From: Eledone cirrhosa
Taxonomy: Eukaryota
DNA length: 64,000 bases
Assembly (NCBI GenBank): GCA_964016885.1
Contig: OZ024743.1
Span: 19,654,001-19,718,000 of the forward strand
Reading direction: 5' to 3'
Position 1 is the first letter of the stretch; every line of letters begins with the position of its first letter. The notes beneath the pieces were generated by a model that was given only the letters and a program-made list of their open reading frames with translations, did not search any database and was not told the origin of the DNA. The position numbers were made by a program, and so were the translations under genes. Below are positions 28,429-42,299 of this stretch, one piece after another.

Positions 28429-29961
28429 ACTCTTTTACTCTTTTACCTGTTTCAGCCATCCGGCTGAGGCCATATACTTTTATTATTATTATTGTTGTTG
28501 TTGTTGATAGTGGTGGTAGTCGACATGGTCGTAGGCGTAGTTATAGTAGGAGTAATAGCCCTAAGCATTATTATTGTTCATTTAGCTTGGGTTGGAATTT
28601 ATCAATAAAATTATTTTCTTTAATTTTTCTCTTGATTTCACTTGGGCTGTGTAATTTGTAGAATGGAAATATTATAAATATTTTCTGAATACATGTTGCT
28701 AGATGGTTACTCAGGGGTATCTGACGGAAATTTGGGTGTCTGGTTAGCTGTTGGTGCACCCGTGCACGTTCCGATAGTGCATTTCCAGATTGACCGACAT
28801 ATAGTTCTTCACAATTCGGGCATTTAATGCATTAAATTAGATTTCTGCTTTTGCACTTTATATTTGCATTTGGGAATATGTTTCCAGTTTTTGTGTTCAT
28901 ATATTAACGAGTGTGTATGGATTGACATGTGGCAAATCGACTATCATTGCATTTAGATACAGTGAATGATGGGTCTTTGTTGTTAAGGTCAAAATTTGCC
29001 TTTGTTAGTAATTGCTTCAAATTTTTTCGGCTGTCTTTTACTAAGAGTCAAAGATCGGTATGTGATCAAACCTTTTAATTCATTACTTTGAGCAATGATC
29101 GGTAGGTTTGCTTTGACAGTTTTGAAGATATTCTGGTGACATGGGGTGTGTGTCATTATAAATGGTATGACCAGTTCTTGGTTTCTTCTTCCTTGGGTTG
29201 TCCTAAGTTGTTGTATAGGTATTTTTATAGCCCACTGTATGCCATTTTCTATAAGTAGAGATGAGTATTTTTGTTTGAGCAAAAATACTCTCAGTTCTGT
29301 GAGGCGTTTGTACCTGGTATTCGTATCTTCTACAATGGTACGAATTCTTCTGGCTAGGCAGTATGGGATGTTGCGTTTGGTATGAGGTGGATGGCACGAC
29401 TTAAAATTCAGATATTGATGGGTGTCTGTGTGTTTATAATATATATATATCCGTGGCAATGGTGGTGTCGTTTTTGATTACCATTTTATCTAGGAATGGT
29501 AATTTGGTACTACTCATCTCTTTTGTGAATTGGAGAGATTGGTGTAGGTTATTCAGGAGGATATCGAACTCATACAGAGTATCTAGAGATTCTGTCCAGA
29601 TGATGAAACAGTCGTCAATATATCTCTTCCAAGAATTTTCAATGTACTTTCTAAAGTCAGTGCTATATTTTTCCTCTATTTCTTGGTAGAGTTGTTGTTC
29701 TAAGTATCCCTTTACAGAGTTCGCGTAAACGGGAGCAAACTTCGTTCCCATCGCTGTGCCTCTAATTTGGATGTAATTCTTTCCATTGAAGAAGAAATTG
29801 TTGTTTTCCAGAATATGTTTGAGTGTGTCTAATATAAATGGCGCCGTGAATCTGGTGGGAATCATTTCTCTATGATTTTCCACACAGTATTTAACCGCCT
29901 TTATTCCTAAATCATGTGTAATGTTGGTGTAAAGGCTTACCACATCAAAACTAAGTGAATG

Positions 29962-30000
29962 TGAACCTGAAGATTGCGAAAGCATGAAAGTACTTGTTCA
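29962..30000 (+). ncRNA. Minimal type I hammerhead (PLE B)
   Basis: tgaac CTGAAGA t-tgc-gaaa-gca-t GAAA GTAC TT gttca. Mutated copy on the minus strand at ~27913-27951. Confidence 0.85.
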
Positions 30001-30131
30001 ATTAACACTTAAGATTTAATATTCTACCATACTATTTCATTATGATATCATTATAATTTTAAAGGATTGTAAATAAAACGAGTAAATCAGACAAAGTCGA
30101 AATTCCTTTTATTAGTATATATATATATACA

Positions 30132-30322
30132 GGCGGTGGATTGGCAGTATCGGTAGAGAGTCGGACGCCATGCTTTGAAGCACAGAGTTACGGCCCTGTA
30201 ATGTCTGAGTTCAAATCCCGCCGAGGTTAACTTTGCTTTTCATCCTTACGGGGTCGATAAAATAAAGTACCAGTAATACACTGGGATAATTGCTGGCCTT
30301 GTGTCAAAAGTAGAAACAATTA
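30132..30322 (+). mobile_element. tRNA-derived SINE
   Basis: Full SINE motif set. Confidence 0.9.
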
Positions 30323-30355
<33 letters not shown>

Positions 30356-30405
30356 CATATATAAATATTTATATACATACACATATATATACATATATAT
30401 ATATA

Positions 30406-30439
<34 letters not shown>

Positions 30440-30495
30440 AATATATACATATATATATATAAATATATACATATATATATTTATATACATATACA

Positions 30496-30575
<80 letters not shown>

Positions 30576-31711
30576 CATATATGTACATACATATATATAT
30601 ACATACATACATATATATATACATATATATACACATACATAAATACATATATATATATATATACATAAATTCATATATATATATATATACATACATTCAT
30701 ACATATATATATGAAATACGAATACCCCAGGTTGCATTTGAAAAATGTTCGAGTGTATGCTTAAGAGTATATTATTATATGCTGTCTTGTATGAGTGCAC
30801 ATGTGTATATAGACATACAGGCGCATCCAGAAGTATAAAAGTGTGGGTGGGTATATATGTCTGTACTAAGGGATTCGCCTAAGCTCCAAAGCCCCCAAGC
30901 TATTGCTGTGAAGATATATATCACACTCTACTTTCGTCTAGTCTAAACAATAACTTTTCCAAACACCCACTTTACTTTTCTTTAAAAATAACACCCACCT
31001 AGTTTTATGTCTGCCTTATACTTGGATTTGGGGGCCTCTGTTGTATATATATGAACTTGTGCGTACATATATATATATATACACACCTGTATGGACTTGT
31101 GTGTGTAGATGTGTGTGTGTCTGAGGGGTTAGGTGTGAGTGTATGTACAAGTCAATCAACATAACTCTTTTTATTTCTAAAATTTCTAAACTTTCTAAGT
31201 ATTTGACTCTAACCATTATTTTCTGTATTACCACCCCACATTAATTCCTCAATTTGTATGTGTGGATGTGTATGTGTCTCTGTGGGGGTAGGTGTGAGTG
31301 TATGTGCAAATCAACCTACATAAGTCTTTTTATTTGTAAATTTTCTAGTATTCTAATTTAACCATAATTTTCAGTAGTTTCCACTCCACATAAATTCCTC
31401 AATTTAAGAATGACCTGTAGTATCGAATTTCATACTATTAACCCCAATTGAATATATATCTGACCAGGAATGCTTTTTCTGAAAATCAGCCATATGGAAC
31501 TATTGCCATCTTGCCTGACGGTTTGAACTTTACAACACCACCTGCTTCTTTGAGGTCAAATACCAACGCTACAAGCATCTACAAACTGACCAATGAGAAT
31601 TAAGACTATTCTTGCTAACAACATTAATTATTCCTAACAAGCTCATATGTCCCAAGGCTCTGATACCATCAACACTATAAACACAGAGCTGGCATATATA
31701 AGAACTGACTA

Positions 31712-31767
31712 ACTGCCTGATGAGGTCATAGCCATTCAATGGATATCATCGAAATATATATAGCAGT
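31712..31767 (+). ncRNA. Type I hammerhead at the end of a non-coding PLE-like 3' segment
   Basis: actgc CTGATGA ggt..ccatt-c-aatgg..atc GAAA TATATA TA gcagt, then AATAAA and (TA)n. Confidence 0.8.
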
Positions 31768-31811
31768 AAATAAAGGATTATGAGTTCATGCAATTGACTT
31801 ATGTTTCGTCA

Positions 31812-31886
<75 letters not shown>

Positions 31887-31899
31887 TATACATATATAT

Positions 31900-33019
31900 A
31901 TATGTGAAGATAGACATAGAATATTCCAAAATATTCTGTATGTTTATAATAAACATTTTGAAGACCTAATCGCTATAGAATAGAATACGTCACGTTTTAC
32001 AATTAGATTCTCGATAAAAGCAAGGGAAGTAACCTACGCGTTTCATTCTTATTAGAAATCTTCAGGATTACATATCCAGTGCTTTTATCGAGAATGACAC
32101 AGCTAGAGACTTATAGAATACTTAGCTGTGTACAGGAACTGGTTTGAAAGAGCGGTTGCCGGTCCGGCAGAAATTAGAAATTGGATTAAATGCTCTGAAA
32201 TAGCGATATATATGTGAAGATAGACATAGAATATTCGAAAATATTCTGTATGTTTATAATAAACATTTTGAAGACTTAATCGCTGTAGAATAGAATACGT
32301 CACGTATTACAATTAGATTCTCGATAAAAGCAAGGGAAGTAACCTACGCGTTTCATTCTTATTAGAAATCTTCAGGATTACATATCCAGTGCTTTTATCG
32401 AGAATGACACAACTAGAGACTTATAGAATACTTAGCTGTGTACAGGAACTGGTTTGAAAGAGCGGTTGCCGGTCCGGCAGAAATTAGAAATTGGATTAAA
32501 TGCTCTGAAATAGCGATATATATGTGAAGATAGACATAGAATATTCGAAAATATTCTGTATGTTTATAATAAACATTTTGAAGACCTAATCGCTATAGAA
32601 TAGAATACGTCACGTATTACAATTAGATTCTCGATAAAAGCAAGGGAAGTAACCTACGCGTTTCATTCTTATTAGAAATCTTCAGGATTACATATCCAGT
32701 GCTTTTATCGAGAATGACACAGCTAGAGACTTATAGAATACTTAGCTGTGTAGAGGAACTGGTTTGAAAGAGCGGTTGCCGGTCCGGCAGAAATTAGAAA
32801 TTGGATTAAATGCTCTGAAATAGCGATATATATGTGAAGATAGACATAGAATATTCGAAAATATTCTGTATGTTTATAATAAACATTTTGAAGACCTAAT
32901 CGCTATAGAATAGAATACGTCACGTATTACAATTAGATTCTCGATAAAAGCAAGGGAAGTAACCTACGCGTTTTATTCTTATTAGAAATCTTCAGGATTA
33001 CATATCCAGTGCTTTTATC
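31900..33019 (-). mobile_element. Tandem array of 310-bp retrozyme-like units, left arm (~3.6 units, 4 HHRs)
   Basis: Exact 310-bp period. HHRs start at 32029, 32339, 32649 and 32959. Confidence 0.9.
32029..32071 (-). ncRNA. Minimal type I hammerhead of the 310-bp unit (intact example)
   Basis: gtaatc CTGAAGA t-ttct-aata-agaa-t GAAA CGCG TA ggttac. Confidence 0.88.
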
Positions 33020-34367
33020 TATAGCGATTAGGTCTTCAAAATGTTTATTATAAACATACAGAATATTTTCGAATATTCTATGTCTATCTTCACATATATA
33101 TCGCTATTTCAGAGCATTTAATCCAATTTCTAATTTCTGCCGGACCGGCAACCGCTCTTTCAAACCAGTTCCTGTACACAGCTAAGTATTCTATAAGTCT
33201 CTAGCTGTGTCATTCTCGATAAAAGCACTGGATATGTAATCCTGAAGATTTCTAATAAGAATAAAACGCGTAGGTTACTTCCCTTGCTTTTATCGAGAAT
33301 CTAATTGTAATACGTGACGTATTCTATTCTATAGCGATTAGGTCTTCAAAATGTTTATTATAAACATACAGAATATTTTCGAATATTCTATGTCTATCTT
33401 CACATATATATCGCTATTTCAGAGCATTTAATCCAATTTCTAATTTCTGCCGGACCGGCAACCGCTCTTTCAAACCAGTTCCTGTACACAGCTAAGTATT
33501 CTATAAGTCTCTAGCTGTGTCATTCTCGATAAAAGCACTGGATATGTAATCCTGAAGATTTCTAATAAGAATAAAACGCGTAGGTTACTTCCCTTGCTTT
33601 TATCGAGAATCTAATTGTAATACGTGACGTATTCTATTCTATAGCGATTAGGTCTTCAAAATGTTTATTATAAACATACAGAATATTTTCGAATATTCTA
33701 TGTCTATCTTCACATATATATCGCTATTTCAGAGCATTTAATCCAATTTCTAATTTCTGCCGGACCGGCAACCGCTCTTTCAAACCAGTTCCTGTACACA
33801 GCTAAGTATTCTATAAGTCTCTAGCTGTGTCATTCTCGATAAAAGCACTGGATATGTAATCCTGAAGATTTCTAATAAGAATAAAACGCGTAGGTTACTT
33901 CCCTTGCTTTTATCGAGAATCTAATTGTAATACGTGACGTATTCTATTCTATAGCGATTAGGTCTTCAAAATGTTTATTATAAACATACAGAATATTTTC
34001 GAATATTCTATGTCTATCTTCACATATATATCGCTATTTCAGAGCATTTAATCCAATTTCTAATTTCTGCCGGACCGGCAACCGCTCTTTCAAACCAGTT
34101 CCTGTACACAGCTAAGTATTCTATAAGTCTCTAGCTGTGTCATTCTCGATAAAAGCACTGGATATGTAATCCTGAAGATTTCTAATAAGAATGAAACGCG
34201 TAGGTTACTTCCCTTGCTTTTATCGAGAATCTAATTGTAATACGTGACGTATTCTATTCTATAGCGATTAGGTCTTCAAAATGTTTATTATAAACATACA
34301 GAATATTTTCGAATATTCTATGTCTATCTTCACATATATATCGCTATTTCAGAGCATTTAATCCAAT
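33020..34367 (+). mobile_element. Tandem array of 310-bp retrozyme-like units, right arm (~4.3 units, 4 HHRs)
   Basis: Reverse complement of the left-arm units. HHRs start at 33236, 33546, 33856 (G12A) and 34166 (intact). Confidence 0.9.
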
Positions 34368-34526
34368 ATATGTATATATATTTAAAAGTTAAACAAGGTT
34401 CAATGAATACATCAGAGAATAAGTTTATATTAGGGCATAAATATTGAGTTTTGTCATATATTACTCATTACTATGACTGAATCTTAACCATCTATTATGT
34501 CAGGGTATGTCATGCATCATCTTATC

Positions 34527-34585
34527 TTATTTGATGAGGACGTACTGTTGAAGTTAACTCAGTACCTCTGAAATATGTATAATAA
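34527..34585 (+). ncRNA. Degenerate type I hammerhead (C3U)
   Basis: ttat TTGATGA gga-c-gtactg..cagtac-c-tct GAAA TATGTA TA ataa. Confidence 0.6.
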
Positions 34586-34629
34586 AATATACTTGATCAC
34601 AAGAATATCTATTCTGTTAATATTTTGAA

Positions 34630-34736
<107 letters not shown>

Positions 34737-34864
34737 GTATATATATATATATATACATATATGTATATACATATATATATGCATATACTAATATATAGTA
34801 TATAAGTGAGTAAGTAAAAAATTTAAAAAAAATTTTTTTTTTTAAATATTTTCTGATTTTACGT

Positions 34865-34986
<122 letters not shown>

Positions 34987-34997
34987 GTGTATATACC

Positions 34998-35659
34998 GCG
35001 CGCTTGCCACACATATCGGACGTTGATTTTCGTTAATTCCTGAGCTGAAATACGATTCTCGCTAATTTATATTTGTATTAATCTCCAGAGTCTAGCTATT
35101 GAGCAGTTAATTTTATTGATTTGTTTAGTTGCTTCTATTGACTGTTGAATAGCTCTGTTATATTTAACCATTCTGTCGATGCTTTATTCGATTTGTGATA
35201 TTTTGCATTCTCGCAATATTATACACAACTGAATCATTCGCCTAATAGAGGTGTTGCCTCCCTTGCTGAACCCCACGTGGGTCAGTAATAGCCACACTTA
35301 TGTATAGCATTTTGGAGCAAAACCCGTTGATAACACGGCTTCCTTGTTCAATCATCTTAGCAGAAGCCCAACATTCTTTATGTAGGCGGACAGTACATGA
35401 TTTTGGAGTCGCAGAAACCAATACTGGATTTTACCATCAGTCCAGGGTCCGGGAAAGTATCAACACATATATTTTTATTGTTTGACCCGAATTACTTGGT
35501 CGTTTGTTTTGGCTGTGCGGAGGATGTTTAACCATCGTCTCAGTGTGTTTGGCCCTCAACGTTTGTTGTAGCTCTGATTCACATGAATCATCGAGCGCTT
35601 GCCACACATATCGGACGTTGATTTTCGTTAATTCCTGAGCTGAAATACGATTCTCGCTA

Positions 35660-35702
<43 letters not shown>

Positions 35703-35935
35703 AATATAAATTTAGCGAGAATCGCATTTCGGCGAGTAGAAATTAGCGGAACGCAACTTCCGAATTGTGTTGGCAAGCGCTCAATGGATATGAAGATACC
35801 AGAGCTATAAACATAAGTTTAAAAGGACATACAAAACTGAGACGACGGTTAAGAAGCCATTAACCACCTAAGCCAAAAAAGCTAGCAAGCTAATCGGGTC
35901 AAACAAAATATGATATGATTGAAATATTTACCCGT
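34998..35935. repeat. Non-coding partial tandem (~597-bp period) plus a diverged inverted copy at 35702-35935
   Basis: gcgcttgccacacatatcggacg...ctcgctaatttatat occurs at ~34999 and ~35595. Inverted homologue lies beyond a (TA)n tract. Confidence 0.7.
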
Positions 35936-35951
35936 ATATATATAAATATAT

Positions 35952-36344
35952 ACCCTTCTCACTTCACCCCGTTCGCGACGAAAACATTTTCTATCTTTCT
36001 CACATTTGGATTCATCCCGAAATGTCTTTTTTCTAAGCGCTCATATATTCACCTAGCTTATGTTAACAGAATAACTATGTAGCTTGTACCCTTCCTCTCT
36101 ACGGTTAGCTCTCCTCTTTGTTGTTATCTTGTCTCACTCGCTTTACGCGTTTTAATTGTCCTAATAACTTAATTTAGTTATTATTGCACCGACGTGAGGT
36201 ATATGATTTTTAATGCAATGAAATATCTATGATCGTCGGCAAATCACTGATGAGGACTCATTTTATTACATGTTATCCATGTGCAATCTGCAGTATTCTT
36301 CTCCCCATTTTTTCACATATATTTACCTAAACTGCGATTCTGTT

Positions 36345-36380
<36 letters not shown>

Positions 36381-36845
36381 TAATCCCTCGTTCTCTCTGT
36401 TTCTCCTACTTTCTTTCGCACCCTCTGTCATGTCAGTTAACTCCTCCTCACACTTCCACTCACTCACTCACTGTTTCTCGCCTTCTTACCTCACCCCGTT
36501 CGCGACGAAAACAAATTCTTTCTTTCTCACATTTGGATTCATCCCGAAATGTCTTTTTTCTAAGCGCTCATATATTCACCTAGCTTATGTTAACAGAATA
36601 ACTATGTAGCTTGTACCCTTCCTCTCTACGGTTAGCTCTCCTCTTTGTTGTTATCTTGTCTCACTCGCTTTACGCGTTTTAATTGTCCTAATAACTTAAT
36701 TTAGTTATTATTGCACCGACGTGAGGTATATGATTTTTAATGCAATGAAATATCTATGATCGTCGGCAAATCACTGATGAGGGACTCATTTTATTACATG
36801 TTATCCATGTGCAACCTGCAGTATTCTTCTCCCCATATTTTCATA
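35952..36845 (+). repeat. Non-coding partial tandem, 527-bp period, with a candidate permuted hammerhead
   Basis: 35955-36320 matches 36482-36845. Confidence 0.85.
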
Positions 36846-36892
36846 TATATATATATAAATATACGTACATACACACACATATATATATATAT

Positions 36893-36964
<72 letters not shown>

Positions 36965-36975
36965 ACATACATACA

Positions 36976-37011
<36 letters not shown>

Positions 37012-37031
37012 CATATATATACCTACATATA

Positions 37032-37102
<71 letters not shown>

Positions 37103-37108
<6 letters not shown>

Positions 37109-37732
37109 TGCCCCTTCATTATCGAGTATGGCCGTTGCACGTTATACCATTATTAATATTTATTAATTAATTCTATCGTGCAATGCCTGTGCGTGAAGAT
37201 ATTTTTTAAAGTGAGGAAAGACTGTAAACTGAGCCAATCCCACTCTCTGGGCGACAGTAGCTATAACCCGAAAAGAAGAAAATATCAACATCATCGGTAA
37301 CTACCGAGCCGCAGGTTTTATATCGGAGCTATCCCAGTTTCCTGAGTTGCCTTCTCCTAGAAGAATGCCCTGACAAAGGCTAGGTAGGAGTCCTTCACTT
37401 CCAGTGGTTTAACCGCGCGATCGAGTGTCCAGCCCGACATTTTCTATGTTCCCGCGCATATACATACACATGCACCCATGTATATACACATATACATATA
37501 CATACATATGTACATGTGTATATAAATATTTACACACTTTTGGATGGCCGTTGACAATTATGAGTTCTTCCGCCCTTTGTCAGATTATGTTTTTTGTTCT
37601 GCAGGGTGTCTAAAATCACCCTCCTCACCAAGTAAACTTGGTGGGGTTGCCGGTTTAGTCATCGATCACCCGACCATGCGACAGGTTGTACTGGGTTACA
37701 TGTTACCAGTAGCACTCAAGTGTGACCCGACA
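37103..37732 (-). mobile_element. RTE-derived non-autonomous element, subfamily B
   Basis: Reverse-complement homologue of 26742-27347. Confidence 0.65.
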
Positions 37733-37776
37733 CACACACATATATATATATGTATATATATCTAGATGAATATACA

Positions 37777-38275
37777 TGTACATCCACCGGAAATGACATC
37801 TGTGAAATATACAGCGCCATCTACCTGTTAGCTAGCTACCTCAACGTGAAACAAAAGAACCCTTACAATCTATCAGAATAAACGCCTACACATCGGCTAA
37901 ACATCAAACGATTATTTCTGTATAAATAGAGTGGTTCCAAACACTTCGCCAGTCGACATTTGGCAGAGTCAACTCGCGTATCGTTGTTCCTCGCCTCTGC
38001 CACGCTTTGTTACTCACACACGCTTTGTACCTCGTATCGTCGCTTCATGTGAAAATAAATAGCTGATCGAATTTACATCTCGCCTTGCTTCGTCCTTTCA
38101 ACTTCTGCTTTCGTCTGTCCATCCTCAACAGTTCTTTTAAGGGCTATATGCGACAACAGTCCTTTTAAGGGCTATCTTCAGATCTGATCAGACCGTATGC
38201 GATAAGAGTCATTCTAAGGGCTATTCTCGGATCTGATCAGAAGTAGTGACTAGACTGACTAACCAGGTCGCTACA
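37777..38275 (+). mobile_element. Probable solo LTR (Gypsy-like)
   Basis: TGTA...TACA termini, 4-bp TACA flanks, TATAAAT at 37921, AATAAA at ~38054, short internal tandem repeats. The TSD sits in low-complexity sequence. Confidence 0.6.
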
Positions 38276-38711
38276 TACACATACATATATACATATATCT
38301 ATATACATATATATACATTTTGTGTGTATATATGTATATATACTTATATAAAACAAATATATATATATATATATGTGTGTGTATTTACGTGTGTAGGCAA
38401 TGTTTATGTACGTATGTGTTCGTATGTGTGTGTGGACATGTGTGAGTTTACGTTTGTATATATATGTGGGTGTATGTATGTATGTGTGTGTGTATATATA
38501 TGTATATATATACATATAGTTATGTAATGAACAACATAAGATAATTATTTCATTTACCAGTGGTTTCTTGAAAGCAAACGATATTTACTTTCATTCATCA
38601 GAATGAAAATAATCCTAGGTGTGTATATATATGTGTGTATGCACATGTGCGTATATATGTATGTATGTGAATGTATGTGTGTATGTATATATGCGTGTGT
38701 ATGAGCGTGTG

Positions 38712-38751
<40 letters not shown>

Positions 38752-39440
38752 AATGTATAGAAGGTTATCCGTGTGTGTGTGCGCGCATATGTACGTATAT
38801 ATGTGTACGTATGAATAGGACATGCTTACCCAATTGATACAGAACAGTCAGAAGGCTCGTGGTGGCATGTATCAACAAGTGTGTATGACTGCGTCCATGG
38901 AAGTGAGGGACAGATGGTGTGTGAGTATATATACTGCGATGTATGTATATGGCGGTGTGGGTGTCTGAGCATGTAGATGTACGAGTGTGAATCCATAGAT
39001 AGGTATGTGTCTGAATATGTGTGTGTTATTATGTGTTTATTCTAGTATATGTGGGTGCTTACTCTGAAGTGTGAGCAGACGTGTGAGGTACTGAACCCAG
39101 GATGACTCCATTGAAATGTGTCTGACGGAAAATGGTCGATGAACCGTGTGGCAGCAGATACTAACCTCAACTTGTGATGACGTGGAGCACAAACAGCCAA
39201 TGGCAACACAGGAGTGGAAAGAGGGTTTTTTGAGGGTGTTGTTTTGATGATAACACCCGTGATCAAATTTGCTCCGGATATAACACCTGTGTCTGAAATA
39301 ACCAGCAGAAGTAATCAGCTAGATCCATACAAGGACCATGACTCGAGCTACATGCCGGCGAAAGATTTGTAACACAAAATAAACTAAGTTCAGATGCATC
39401 ACTGATTTTTCGTTTTCTTTATATATATACATACATAGAT

Positions 39441-39960
<520 letters not shown>

Positions 39961-40126
39961 GTTACTCCAAGTATAACCTACATAGAAATCACCGCGAACT
40001 CGCCATATCACTATGGAAACGTCTTCTTGAGTCAAGCTACGCCATACGTTAATACCATCCACAACACGGAGTACTCTAACTGGACTTCATCTAAGTGGAC
40101 TGCCTATAAGGATAACATGTTATCCC

Positions 40127-40202
<76 letters not shown>

Positions 40203-40208
<6 letters not shown>

Positions 40209-40795
40209 TGAAACAAAATGAAAACGAAATTTCATTTCTCACTCTTAGTATGGCACTTACTTATATATGTGCATGCTACTGTACGTCTGTATACATATAT
40301 GTATGTACGTATACATGCATACTTACATTTAAGTAAGTGCCATACTAAGAGTGAGAAATGAAATTTCGTTTTCATTTTGTTTCAATTTATCGTTTTCGGT
40401 ATGCCTGACCGATTTAACTCACTCAATATGCAAATTAGGCTGCTCAGCCGTTAATTTTCATAAGGAAAGTATATACTTTCGAACGTTCAACTATCTGGCA
40501 GATGGGTAAACGGTGCTGATGATAGCTAACAAGCTTGAAACTAGTACATCGTTCCTGTGTCAGTGTTGAACAAAAAGGTGACGTGGTTGCCTTAACACCG
40601 TATGGCATAAATTCAGGCTGTTCAGTTTGTTTACAAACGAACAAAGCGACGTTAGCGCCGCTAAACTGATACGTGCATATATGTATGTGTACCTGTATGC
40701 ATATGTATATATATATGTATATATATATATATATGTGCATGCTACTGTACGTCTGTATACATATATGTATGTACGTATACATGCATACTTACATT
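40203..40795 (+). mobile_element. Non-coding retrozyme/pLTR-like element (~470-bp period) with a 5' inverted segment
   Basis: 40203-40263 is the reverse complement of 40329-40390. 40264-40330 repeats at ~40731-40796. Same family as 46964-47640. Confidence 0.75.
40509..40553 (+). ncRNA. Minimal type I hammerhead, canonical core
   Basis: aacggtg CTGATGA t-agct-aaca-agct-t GAAA CTAG TA catcgtt. Confidence 0.88.
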
Positions 40796-40861
40796 TATAT
40801 ATATATACATATATATATACATATATATATTCATATATATATATATACATATATATATATA

Positions 40862-40932
<71 letters not shown>

Positions 40933-41124
40933 AGATAAATCTACCAAAAGTTTACGGTAGTGTCCAATCCGTATGAAGAACTCAATGTAATCCGGATATC
41001 ATGAAAAGAGAAGATGCATTCAAAAACTACTTTCGGTGAAAAATAAACGGAAAACAGTGTCAAGATAAATTATTAAAAAAATAATGAATAAACAAAGAAA
41101 CAATTCCTTATATTAAAAAAATTC

Positions 41125-41265
41125 ATCATTTTACGATCGTTTCTAGGATATATATGTGTTAGAGTTGGTATGCATATTCTATAGATCTATGTACAATATT
41201 TATACAAACTATCAGAGGGAATATACATACCTACACATATATATGCTGTCTTCAGAACTAATGAT
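41125..41265 (-). ncRNA. Type I hammerhead with an extended helix II
   Basis: atcatt-agtt CTGAAGA cagc-atatatatgtgt..acacatatatat-ccta GAAA CGATCG TA aaatgat. Confidence 0.65.
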
Positions 41266-41957
41266 ATTTGTTTATTGATAAGAACAAAGATTCAATACAA
41301 TAGGTCTGTTTGGGAACAGGTTTTGAATTGACCAATCAGGAGATATTGAGGGTCAAGATAGTATTATAGCAGTAAGAGAACCTTAAATTTTGGGTAGAGG
41401 AAGGTAGATTTCAGTTTTGGATGGAAAAGAGTATTATGAATGAAGGATTATTTTAGGGAAGAAATAGGTCATATGCTGACCTCAGAAATAATTTTATTTG
41501 TTCATTGAATAAAACCAACAAAGATCTAATATATTCTGTCTGTTTGGTAAGAGGTTTAGAATTAACCAATAGAAAGTTAATAATTGGCCAAATGGTAAAA
41601 TAGTAGTAATTGAAGCTTATTTTAGGGGTGAAACTAGGTCAGGTGGTCAGTAAAAGGTATACAAGCAGTTGCTGTTATAAAATAGTAATGCCAATACAAA
41701 TATCTAAGGTGACCAAAGTTTTAAGATAAGAATGTTAGTGAAAAAATACATCTATGAAAAGAATATAAAATTAATTTAGTTGATGGGTATATTTATATTG
41801 ATAAAATTATACTAATACATATAGATATGATAAATAAGAGTTAGATGCCGTTGAAAAGTGCTGTTAAAGATGAGGGGGGATTAAAAGAATATAAAAATAA
41901 TATATATATATAAATATGTATATACCCACATATATATATACACAAACATATACACAT

Positions 41958-42009
<52 letters not shown>

Positions 42010-42103
42010 CCATATACACATATATATACATACATGTACATATATATACACACACACACATACACACATACACACATATATATATATACATATACATACA
42101 CAC

Positions 42104-42155
<52 letters not shown>

Positions 42156-42299
42156 ATACACACATACATACACACATATATACACACATACACACTTATA
42201 TATGCATATAATTATTAGGGGGGGGGGTTAAATTTATTAGTGGGAAATAGTAAATATATATAGATTTCAAGGAACATAGAGTCATAACCTGAAGTTAAA

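Larger units (their letters stand above)
27797..30115 (-). mobile_element. 5'-truncated PLE family B with an inverted terminal copy (~29955-30115)
   Basis: RT/GIY-YIG pseudogene at 28571-29950 (SFDVVSLYT, TAMGTKFAPVYAN, WKRYIDDCF). 27797-27955 is the inverted homologue of 29955-30115. Confidence 0.9.

Noticed and set aside
31900-34367. Array as CRISPR or plain satellite
   Set aside because: It has no unique spacers and the context is eukaryotic. Each unit contains a structured HHR.
36189-36240. SECIS-like GUGA...UGA hairpin
   Set aside because: Helix II pairs poorly in the SECIS register and there is no upstream ORF.
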